A stretch of 64,000 bases of DNA from Schizochytrium sp. TIO01 (Eukaryota; Protista; Bigyra: Labyrinthulomycetes). Below, piece after piece: positions 10,377-21,100 of this stretch. The notes under the pieces are model-generated. The model was not told where the DNA came from. It was given only the letters and a program-made list of their open reading frames with translations, and searched no databases. The DNA lies in the NCBI GenBank assembly GCA_004764695.1, contig SMSO01000007.1:434001-498000 (forward strand), in the 5' to 3' direction. Made by a program: the position numbers and the translations under genes. Position 1 is the first letter of the stretch. Every line of letters begins with the position of its first letter.

Positions 10377-13247
10377 TTAATTTGGGGCCTCGTCGCCTGT
10401 AAATTCTTTTCGACCTTTCCTTTGGAAGTTAGTGAGGGGAGTAAAAATATTTCCGCGGGTTGTTGAATTGAGTTGCTTCTTTTTCTTTTCATTCCGTAGT
10501 TGATCCTGCAGTTCCAGTTTCTCCTGAGCTAAAACGGAGATTGTGTCTAAATTATTGTCATCTGTGAGTCTGGCTCGCTCACGCAATATCTCGGCACTTG
10601 ATTGCATGACCATATTTGTGACCGTGTTATACTCTGAGTTGGGATCATATCGAACCTCGCGGTCAAGCATATAAAGCTTGCCATGTTCAACGTAAGCCTT
10701 GTTGTTGTACCACTTTCGACGATAACGTAAAAGGAGGAATAAAGACACCGAAAGGAGCGCAAAGGCACCTCCACCACCTACAGATACATAAAAGTACTTT
10801 TCACTGTAAAAGTTTCTGGAACCCTCCCCAGAATCCGATGGCATCATCGTAGGGCGTGGTGTCACTGGAATCACACGAACTGCACGAGATGCTGATGCAG
10901 ACCATTCATGTTTCTGAGGGGATGCGCTTGCTGTATATAGAGTATCGCTACCTTCCAAGTTAGAAGATAAGACCTCAAACTCCACCTCAAAGTAGCAGCT
11001 CTGTCCAGTACAAATGTAAAGATCAAAAGTTCCCAGGATATTAGTGAACAGAGCTGCTGTATATGTACCATCACCGTTATCAACAATGGTTGCATTCACA
11101 ATCGCGGGTGTGCTAGATTTGTTGTAGTATGCTGAAGTAATATTGTCTGTAACCAGACCCCGACGAAGGTTCGTTTGGGTCATTGAGGAAGCTATAGTTT
11201 CATTTGCCGAGGGAGTAGCTTCAAGACGCTCAATGAAAATTCCATTGATCAGGTCTTCATCACCCCCATAGGTAATTGAATAGTTACACCAATCGCGATA
11301 TTGAACTGTTAGCCCACCCATGGTCTCTCCGTCTGCAGGAATCACGATGGGATCTACTTCAGCTCCATCCAAAAAATCAACCGCATCAGTAGCAGAAGAG
11401 TCAACAGAAACAGTTGAGATGGATAGATTTTTAATTTGCAGCCTCGAGGGGTCATCAGTTACCGCAGAAGTAAAACCCACGTATGCGTTTCGATAACCCA
11501 GGATGTCATGTATTGTAAAATTGTGTTGACGTAAATAGAGAGAATCATTAATGTAAACTTGTAACCAATCAGGTGTTGCAAGGTATTCAATACGAATATT
11601 GTGTGTTTCGTCATCGCGGCGCATAGTCCGCATTATTCCTTCATAGACACGCCTGGAATCAAAGTTTGCATCAATAGGTTCATCATTACTATTTGGATAA
11701 TGGATCGCAACACTCTGCTCACTGCACGTATCAGAAGAATTTCTGTCCGCGCACAGATCAAACACAACAGCAACTGCATTAGTTAAGAAGCGATATCCAA
11801 GTCCAGCACCCACAGAGACAGGCATATTGATAAGACCTTCATCACGCGCATGAAGGACTAGGGCGAAACCTTCGGTGTTGCCTACTTTTGATAGTTGAAC
11901 ATCGAATTCTATAACAAAACCGGCACCCACATTTTGCCGTTTGGAGAGATACGCAAATGTAGGACTAAAAGGAACTGACTTGTTGTGGATGAGATTTAGA
12001 ACAGGCTCCATACTTCCTTCACTTGTCCAGGAAACACCTGGACCAAGGAACCAGTCAGTCTCGACATTCTGAGAGTCCCACGAAAACGAAGAGGTCCCTG
12101 ACTTCACAACATTGCATGTGGATGCAAGCGTCGTTGTCATACGAAAGTTGGAGGCATCTGTTCGCCGCTCCGCATGGAATAGATCGAACGCATAGGTCTT
12201 GTTGATCTCAAGCTGAGCAAGTTCCGCGATGTTGTCGAGATGCACAGAGGCGGTAAGGGAGCTGTGCATTCCTCCAAGATCAACAACAAGCTCCCCATTT
12301 ATAAACACCCAAACGTCATCATCCCCGCGAAACTCAAAATACTCTCCACCGCGATATTCAAAATATGTATGAATTTCCGTTGTAAACCACATTTTCGACA
12401 TGCGATAGTATGGAGTTCCTGTAAAACCATAGTCGCTGTGCGGCCAGGCAGGTGTTTCCTGAACTGTGTATTGGTATTGTGACAAGTCAACGAACTCCTT
12501 AAGGGGGGTAAAGTAAGGCGTTTGATCATTAGTAATATCATCCGCATCAGAGCTTTCCGAGTCAAACACATAGTAGTCCTGGCCTGAGCCTGGGTTGTAA
12601 TTAAGTTGTATTTTGCGACCAACGCGACGGTTGTACTTGGAATCATCGTTGTACCAGGAGTGGAAATATGTCCTGTTTGTGGTAGTATAGAGACCTTTTG
12701 GGTGACGGCCACACCGTGTAGAATTGCAATATTGTACTTTCGGCAGTCCCGATAATGCGATTGCTGTTTGGTTGAGGACAGTAGCGTCAATATTTGCTGT
12801 GCAGCCTTCGCCTCGTACACAGCTTGGGCCATTTTCAGCATGGATAAACCAACCATACATTTCAAAATCTGGATGCCCACTAATCTCACCCGTTCGAAGT
12901 GATTCCCAATAAGGACAAAATGTATCGAGGCTACTACTAGACGAGGCCCAATATCCGTGAAAACCGCTTGTATCAACTTCAGACACGCTTGAATAAGCGA
13001 AAGAGCCATCCTTGATGCCACCGAACGCACCATCAGGAGTGACATTCCATGCGCTATAATATGTTGATGCCTCAACACATGCAGCAGGTAAGAAATCTCG
13101 TATTGTCATGGAATACGTCAGCGAGTCTTCAAGTGCAAAGCTAGGCCCTAACAACGATGAGACCAGAAGTATCACGAAACCAACGAAAATACTTTTATGG
13201 GAGGTCATCGGTAGGCGACTCACATTTTCGTCGCGAGGCTTAATCAT
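10377..13247 (-). CDS. Type I membrane protein: signal peptide, fibro-slime/PA14 domain, L-type (ConA-like) lectin domain, filamin/Ig-like segment, TM helix, cytoplasmic coiled coil (about 956 aa; alternative ATG at 13208)
   Basis: Long intronless ORF. Fibro-slime signatures: TIRDF...GHPDFE and FTTEIHTYFEYRGGEYFEFRGDDDVWVFINGELVVDLGGMH...FHAERRTDASNF. Lectin-like motifs: EGFALVLH...GLGY...AVVFD...AYVGFTS. Also DNGDGTYTA, and a TM helix VSVGGGGAFALLSVSLFLLL followed by RYRRK. Confidence 0.88.
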   Translation of the reverse strand: MIKPRDENVSRLPMTSHKSIFVGFVILLVSSLLGPSFALEDSLTYSMTIRDFLPAACVEASTYYSAWNVTPDGAFGGIKDGSFAYSSVSEVDTSGFHGYWASSSSSLDTFCPYWESLRTGEISGHPDFEMYGWFIHAENGPSCVRGEGCTANIDATVLNQTAIALSGLPKVQYCNSTRCGRHPKGLYTTTNRTYFHSWYNDDSKYNRRVGRKIQLNYNPGSGQDYYVFDSESSDADDITNDQTPYFTPLKEFVDLSQYQYTVQETPAWPHSDYGFTGTPYYRMSKMWFTTEIHTYFEYRGGEYFEFRGDDDVWVFINGELVVDLGGMHSSLTASVHLDNIAELAQLEINKTYAFDLFHAERRTDASNFRMTTTLASTCNVVKSGTSSFSWDSQNVETDWFLGPGVSWTSEGSMEPVLNLIHNKSVPFSPTFAYLSKRQNVGAGFVIEFDVQLSKVGNTEGFALVLHARDEGLINMPVSVGAGLGYRFLTNAVAVVFDLCADRNSSDTCSEQSVAIHYPNSNDEPIDANFDSRRVYEGIMRTMRRDDETHNIRIEYLATPDWLQVYINDSLYLRQHNFTIHDILGYRNAYVGFTSAVTDDPSRLQIKNLSISTVSVDSSATDAVDFLDGAEVDPIVIPADGETMGGLTVQYRDWCNYSITYGGDEDLINGIFIERLEATPSANETIASSMTQTNLRRGLVTDNITSAYYNKSSTPAIVNATIVDNGDGTYTAALFTNILGTFDLYICTGQSCYFEVEFEVLSSNLEGSDTLYTASASPQKHEWSASASRAVRVIPVTPRPTMMPSDSGEGSRNFYSEKYFYVSVGGGGAFALLSVSLFLLLRYRRKWYNNKAYVEHGKLYMLDREVRYDPNSEYNTVTNMVMQSSAEILRERARLTDDNNLDTISVLAQEKLELQDQLRNEKKKKQLNSTTRGNIFTPLTNFQRKGRKEFTGDEAPN

Positions 13248-15119
13248 TATAGCCAGCTTAGAAGAGCCAATGCGATATGAGTATGCGTAGCGTACCAAAT
13301 GAAAGCTTCAGACGGTTGATAAAAATCGTGTGGTAACTCGTCTGTGCTCGGCTTCTTGCTCAAAACCGCCTCTGGGACTGTGTCAGTTCAAGCTAAGACA
13401 GTCCTAAACGATAGCTGATAACCTCGAAACGTCGCCCCTCACAGGTCTTTATACACCTACCTCGCGGTCTAGTTTATGTTTCTTAGCTCGAGCACTTTGA
13501 CCTTCTCGACTTCAAGAGCAGTTCCCCGGCTAGCCTACGTAGCCCTGCCAGAATGTGTAGACCAAGGCTTTATGTGGTCGTTGTTTGGTACGATTATCTG
13601 TTTAATTAGTTGATCGATGCTCCAACCTGGAGGAACTTGTCCCCTCGGTCCCTCAACCATTTGGTTTTGCCTCACTGACTTGGTGCCTCTCATCGCGAGT
13701 CGAACCTCAACTTGCCTCAATGTGGTCCATAGCATCTCTTCCAAATACCCATGTTGCCAATGGACGGTGTGCACCGATCAGTGAATCCATATTAGTCACT
13801 TTTATGCATAGGCCAAAGTACTTGCTAGCTAGGCCGGCTATAGAAGTGGATTTTGGTGCAGTTCTGCGATCGACGTACGCGACTAATCAATTAATGTGTA
13901 GCTCCAACACAGAGACCATTCCTCGAGGGTCCCTAATGATGATCACTATGAATTTATTGTGAATCCGCCCAACCTGCTGTGTGCGTGGCGCCAATAAATA
14001 CCACAAATGACAAAGTTTCACAACGACTCTACTATTCAAAGTACCCGAGTTAGGCCGGGGTATCTTTGCAGAATGCCTCGGAGTTGCAATTTTGAGTGCA
14101 CCCAGTTCACTTATCATAACGTGCGTAGTGAACAATCTCTATGTACGACACCTGATTCTACGATTGTTGCTACTTTTAGCAGTGTTAGTCCAACTTATCT
14201 AATAGCAGGTGTATATGTACCTAGCTAGTACCTAACACAACTTATAGTCGGTTCAATATGCGCTAAGTAGCGGCTCCAAGGGTCAGATAGTTTGGCGTAG
14301 AAAATAAGCGTCATCGGCCATGGTCATGGTTCTTCTCTGAGGTGTTAAGTATAATTAGCTCGCGTTCACCTCATCGACATACCAGCCTTCAAGTCCGAAA
14401 GAGTGTGTAGAGAACCAACCCAGCCGTGACAGTCTTTGTGAATATATATCGCTAAACATACGCTTGAAAGGCCAAACCCGAGGTTGACAATTAACCTTAA
14501 AATTTTGGAGGTAATTTTTGTTTTCTGGTGTTAGATGTAGTGTCTTAAAAGGAAATCGTGTCAGAACAACTCCTTCAAGAGAGAGAGAGAGAGCACTTTC
14601 TAAATTAATATATGCATGGCTTGCTTGGGCTATGGGATTTGAACTACTATTAAGTCGCCGTGTTGGTTTTTCCTTTGCTATGTTTATCTAGCTAGACTTA
14701 GCTGTATTGTAGAAAGATCTCTGCGAACAAGTGTATTGAGAACGGTCTCGAACGAAATGAAACAAAAAATAAAGTTGAAAGTAAATGCTTCTTATTAGAC
14801 ATTTATTTGTTTTCTAGTTGTACAAGTTTAAGCAAAAAAGAGGAGTTTGTATGCGAGACGTAAAAGCTCCGAGAGACTATGATTATACAAGATAACGAAT
14901 GAAATGTACAGCGATAACCGTAAATCATGGTAGTCATTGTTGTCCTGCAAATTTCATATTGAGGGGAGAAATGAGCGCTCTGATCGTAATTGTACTTGAT
15001 CGAGTCTGCGTTTATAGGAGGCAAAGGCTCAACAGCCTAATCTAATTAAAAAGAAAATGTCTGCCAGGAACTGTTGTTGTTATTGCCGCTGTTGCTGATT
15101 GACAAATCTTTTTGCAGAA

Positions 15120-18100
15120 CTAATGATGGTTCAAAGGATTTTTCGTAAAAGAAGTTGAGGAGGATGAAGACGAGGATGAAATTAGGGGTCGCCGTGCTTG
15201 CTGAGGTTGGTGCGCGGCCGATGCAACATTGAAAGAGCGCTGTACCACTTGCACTGGTAACATGAGCTGGTCTGCAAGATGAGATAGCTTCTCTTCAGGA
15301 ATAGAAATGTTAACGTGCCCTTGATCCTCGCATTCTAGTTCTCCAATCTTGCTCAGAACACGAGGATTGTAAGATGCTTTAGCCATAATACCAAAGGCAA
15401 TATCTTGAAGAGTAGCTCGTGAGCTTTCAGCATTAGCAAGAACCAAGGTATCATCATCATTTGAAGATAAATCAGAGTCCAGCTTGCCGCTGTGCTTTCG
15501 AAGCCATGGGTGTTCCAACAGCGTCTCTGCATCCGGGCGATCTGCCGGGTCAAGAATTAAGGTCTGCTTGATGAAATCGCGAAGTTCAGGAGAAGGGGTC
15601 ACGATTCTCTGTTGTTGCTGTACGAGCAGAGGAGAGTGGTGCAACAACTCGGACGGAAGCTCAATACTGTGTCCAGAGTTCCAGCGTTCGAGGAGCTTCC
15701 AGTAAATCGAAGAACCCTGCCCTTGGTCGTTGGCATCTCCAGTGCTATTTCCGCCGGTCAGCGAGGCAATTGAGGCTTGTCGTGCTTTGTTGGTGCTACT
15801 TGGAAGAGATGATGATTGCAGCGGAACAGGTACTGCATCGGTTATCAGAGTCATTGGGAACTCACCAAGGATAAGGGTCATCAAAGTGAGACCAAACGAC
15901 CATACGTCGCTAGGATGGGAATGACCCTCTCCACGAAGCCGTTCAGGAGACATGTACTTCATTGTGCCAGCGAAAGTGTTCGCCATGCTATCCTTCTCGA
16001 GCTGTTTGGAGAGACCAAAATCTGCGAGCTTGACTTGCGATCGAGAATTGATAAGGATATTAGCTGGTTTGATGTCCAAATGCACATAGCTTTGTTCGTG
16101 CAAGAAAGCAAGAGCGCGTAAAACGCTCCGGGCAACTAAAGCCAAAGTTGGCTCGTCCACAATACCAGTGCTATGCATAAGCCCGGGCTTGAGCGCTGTC
16201 GGGCTTGGTGAGGCAACATAAGAAGAAGAACGATGAGATGGGCCCGAGCCATGAGTACCAACTGTGTCATTCGATGACGGGCGTGAGCGAAGGCGATTGA
16301 AAGCACGATTCTTCTTCGAAGTGCCTAATGTTCTACTCTCAGCATTTGCCAAGGCTTGCATGGCGGAATGCTTTAAGCGAAGCACCAGGTCTTCAAGGCT
16401 GCCGCCATCCATAAGTTCCATTACTAAACACACTGTCTGGGAATCGGCATCGAGATATGCATCATAAAGCCACACAATGTAAGGGCAACGTTGGTTTAGA
16501 CCTCGGCCAAGTTTCGAGAAAAGAGCTTTGAACTCGCGAGCTGCTTGGTGGCGCGAGTCGCGACTGGCGAAGCGAATTTCTTTGATTGCACAAAGGTCAA
16601 AATTCCGCAGATTCAAAGCAGCAGACACCGTTCCAGATACGCCCTTGCCAAGTTCAGCATAGCGGAAAAGGTTTTCCTTGACTTTTCCATCACTTTCTTT
16701 CCCTTCACTGGACATGCCGTCCTCCGTGAATCGAATACCCTGCACATCGATTGCCTTTTCTCCAAGCCACGTGAAAGTCTTTGACTCCGTTGCCAGCCCT
16801 TGCAAGGGATCATTGGAGCAATCGTTCTCAGACTTGAAGCTAGTCTTTTTAGTGGTATCTTCGAGCGAAACTTTACCTTGCTGACTTGGTTGCAGAGCAG
16901 AAATGTCTAAACCAAGTCCTGTAGGAGCTTCGCCAGGTGCTAGACTCTCACCGTCCTCATAACTGCCTTCAGATGTAGCCATATAAGGCATTTTGCCGTT
17001 TGCGGCTCCAGCGTGAATAAGTGCCAGACCTCCTACAGACATGGCCAAACCGCCTACAGTGTGCATAGAGCCATCTAAATTTCGATTGGCGCCCTCGGGA
17101 ATCACAGTAAGCTCTACCTGAGGAACATTCTTTCGAACTTCTCCATTCGCTTTGAGGCGGATATTGGCAGTGTCCTCCGCCTGGTTGATGTCAATTACAA
17201 CTGCATAAAGCTGACGTTTCTCGCTGTAATCCCAAACCTTCACAGAATCACCAATATGAAATTTAGCGGCACCAATAACATCCGTCTTCACACTCCGCGA
17301 GTCAATGATGCGATCAAGTGCCTTGATAATATCATGAAATGAAGGTCTATTTTCTGGATCCTCGTCCCAACAGTCCTGGATCAATTTAATTAGCATGGGA
17401 TCCACGCCAGTGTTTTCTTCGCACTTTGGCCTATACATATTATAGCGCACCTCGTAAAAGAGCTTCGGGACTGTCCAGGTACGTGGATGTGGCTGTTTTT
17501 CATACATTATTTGCCACAAGACAAGACTATAGCTATAGACGTCAATCTTGTTTGTAATACCCGTGTTCTCCCGAAGTAACTCGGGTGCCATGTAAGCAGG
17601 GGTACCTTGATGATTAACAGCGTCAATTTTGTCATCAGGACCCATGGTAAACTTAGCAATGCCCAAGTCACAAATCTTTGCGTGACCAGAAACATCCAAA
17701 AGAACATTTTCACATTTCACATCGAAATGAATCATGTGATTATCATGAATGTATGCCATTCCTGCTGCAATCTGCCTTGCTACAACAAGTTTGCGAGCAA
17801 TGTCAAAATTTTTGAACGACAGGTTGAGGGATTTGGGCAAACGAAAGATAAGGTCCTGAAGACTGCAAGCAGCGAGCTCCATTACTACCAAGAAACGGTG
17901 GCCACCAGTGTCATTGCTCATTGCAGTCGCACAACCAAAAAGACGAATGACGTTGGGGTGACGCAAACGACGAAGGTTCTTAACTTCTGCCAGCATTTCA
18001 TCAGACTCTCCTATTCCATTTAGCATTTCATCCTCCACACCATTGAAGCTATATGTCTCATGCTCTGGGACATTGTGCGCAGCTGCACCAGGGGTTAGCA

Positions 18101-21100
18101 AACCGCTTGTGTTCAACACGGAACCATTGCTCGTACCAAGACCGCCTACGCCTGTGTTTGTTGCGTCCATTGACATGGATCGGCTAGAAGAGGAAACTGA
18201 GGCATCTTCAGCAGGGAATGGAGAGCGTGCCACAGGGCCATCATCTGCTGAAGCGCTTAAAACATCAACATTACTGCAGGTTGAGTTTGAACGAACAGTG
18301 CTGCTATTACTTAAGTAACGGGGTGGCAATGGGTGGCGTCCAAAGCGATGCCGCGAGCCGACACTGTTATTGTCACCACTGGCAGTGGACTGTCGACCAA
18401 GACTGTAGCCCTTCATCATATTCTGTGCTCCGGCAGAACGAGTAGAGCGTGGAAAAAATTCTTTCACAGCAACATCAGATCCACAATAAGTTGCCTTAAA
18501 GATACGTCCACTACTACCCATTCCAATTGTAGGTCCAAGTTGTAGTTGTTTGATATCAACAGCTAATCCATTCATATCTGAAGCACGTGTGCCTTCGGAT
18601 GAATCATCATTGTGAGCCCTGAGGATTTCAGCCATGACAACATGCTTAGAACTACGCGATTCAAGACCATGACTGGACTGTGATTCGAACAAGCGAATGC
18701 ATTCATCGGGGCGGTACTCGTGAACACTCCCTGTGTGCTTACTAAATGTTTTCCCACCAAGCATAATCCGGTCCCTGGAGATGTCATCCTTATCGATCAT
18801 TTCTTCATCTTTACGTGAACGCCTACGCTTCCCAAAGACAATATAGAAAATTCCACAAAGGAGCAATAAACCACCGATTGAGGTGGTCGAAATAATTGCA
18901 ACATGGGTATCTTCTTTGGCAGCCGCGACAACTTCAACAGGAGCCACGGTGGGGCTTTCGGTGGGTGTATCACTAGCCAGGAGTTCAGTTATAGATACTG
19001 GGCACACAGTTTCATTGGCGTCGTCATTTGCCTCAGTGTCTCGGTCGGGTAGCTCGGCGGATCCGGAGTAGACGTAAGGAATGGAAGCTTCAATTGTCGT
19101 ATAGCTAGAATCAAGCCATATCGCTGCTACGATAGTACCATTTCCACTTTGCAAAGATCGTCGCTTGGCTGAGTAGATTGGCGAGTGCGTGTAATTCTCA
19201 AAAAGAAACTCAAGATAATCCTCCAGACTTACAACGTAGGAGGCTGGCTCGCTAGTAGGGGTGAGTGTGGGCGCAGTGGGTTGCATTGTAGGCGTTGCTG
19301 TTGGACGCATGGTTGTTGGTGATCCTGTTGGAGTAAGCGTAGTCGGCACCTCGGTTGATGTTGGCGAAAATGTTTGATTTGTTCCGTTGACGAAAAGGGT
19401 TGGTGCCGATGTCGAGTTTGTATCTGTTGTATTTGCATCCAACAGGACACGCCCGAGCATGCGGCGAAGGGAAGAAGTGGGTGATGCAGACGGCAAAAGC
19501 GTAGGAGCATTTGTTGCATTGGTAGAGTTGAGGGACCCGGTTCCAAAAGACGTTGGCGCTAGGGTATAGTTGGTACCATTGATGATATCCGTGCTGTTTG
19601 TTTGATTCGACCAGAGAGTGGGTGCAAGGGTTGGCGCAAAAGTTGGAACTCCTGTCGGCATTGCAGTTGGCGTGGGTGCAACAGTCGGCACTGTGTACCG
19701 TGTGTAAGAATCTGTGACAACAGGCATATCAACCACGCAAAGAGTTTGAAGACCACTCAGAACTGAAGCATCACTATCAGGATCAATACTAAAGCATGTT
19801 GAGTCCATGATAGTTGCTGTTGGTACAAGCTGACTTCCGTCAAAGTCATCGGAAAGAAAAGCCAATCGGGGTTCCTCGATTGCTGTCATTCCATCTGGAA
19901 CTGTAATACCCATTGCTTCGATTGCAATTGTTGAATTGAAGACCATTTCTTGCATCAAGCAACGAAGATCCTGCACCATTGTGCTTGTGACTTCATCGAC
20001 AGTGAGAATTCGGCGGCTGTCGTCATTTGTTGACTGTATCGCCATTAAGGATGAAGCAGTAGAGTTGGAGCCGTTTGAAGAAGAAAACGATGACGAGTTT
20101 GTTCCGTTTGAAGGAGTTGGTGCTAACGTCGTATAGTCATCGTAATCATCGTATGAATCTCCGTCACCTTGTGAGCGGTTACTCTCGATAAAACTTTGAG
20201 TGCTATCATCCCACGCCTGAGTGAATCCCATCCAGAAGCGAACGTGATAGGCAGCAAATAGAGGTAATGTAGGTGCTGGTGTAGGTGCAAACGTTGGGTT
20301 CATAGTTGGTGCTATGGTGGTTGGCTTTTCTGTTGGAGCGGACGTTGGAGTAAAAGTCGGTTGCACCGGCGCTGATGTAGGTTTCATAGTGGGCCTCTGC
20401 GTTGGACTCGAAGTTGGAGCTGCTGCTGGAATATAAGTATTCGTACAAAGTCCTCCCTTCGTGAAATAGCCGTTCTCGTCTATCTCGGTTGGACACCATC
20501 CCAAAATTGTTGTACCAAGTTCATCTTTTACCATAGCCTCCGCTGACTCCAGATTAGCTAGTTTGGTACTGGATGAGATAACATAAGAGATGCAGTTGCT
20601 TGAGTTGGTATAATTCCATCCCCAGTCCATGAACTCTGGAGGTGTGACGCATTGTGTTTTCGAAGAACTAACATCGAGCATCATGTGGTTAACAACCTTC
20701 TTTTTCCATGCGTTGGTTCCCTTGTACCATGCTTTGTATTTCTTATTTTTGGGGTAAAAGGTTTGATTCCAGTATGTTGTGACGTTTGATAGGGCTTCTT
20801 CTGAGAGAGAAGCCAGGGGTGGGACATATGAATCAGCTGTGCAGTTGCAATAGAGCCAGGCGTTCCGACTTGAGAGTGAGTCTGGGTCGGCTGATGATTT
20901 GTCATAAATCTGTGAGATAGGACACCACATAAGAGAGGTATTGAGGCTATCTGTTGTGTAAGGTGTGTACAGACCTGTGGTCGCGGCGCAGCGGCCCTCG
21001 CTGTAAGTTCGCGAGGCAACGCATGTAATATTATCGCTTGTTACGGTTCCTGGAGTACAAGTGGATGTAGGATACTGCTTGAACTGCCACGAACTTGAAT

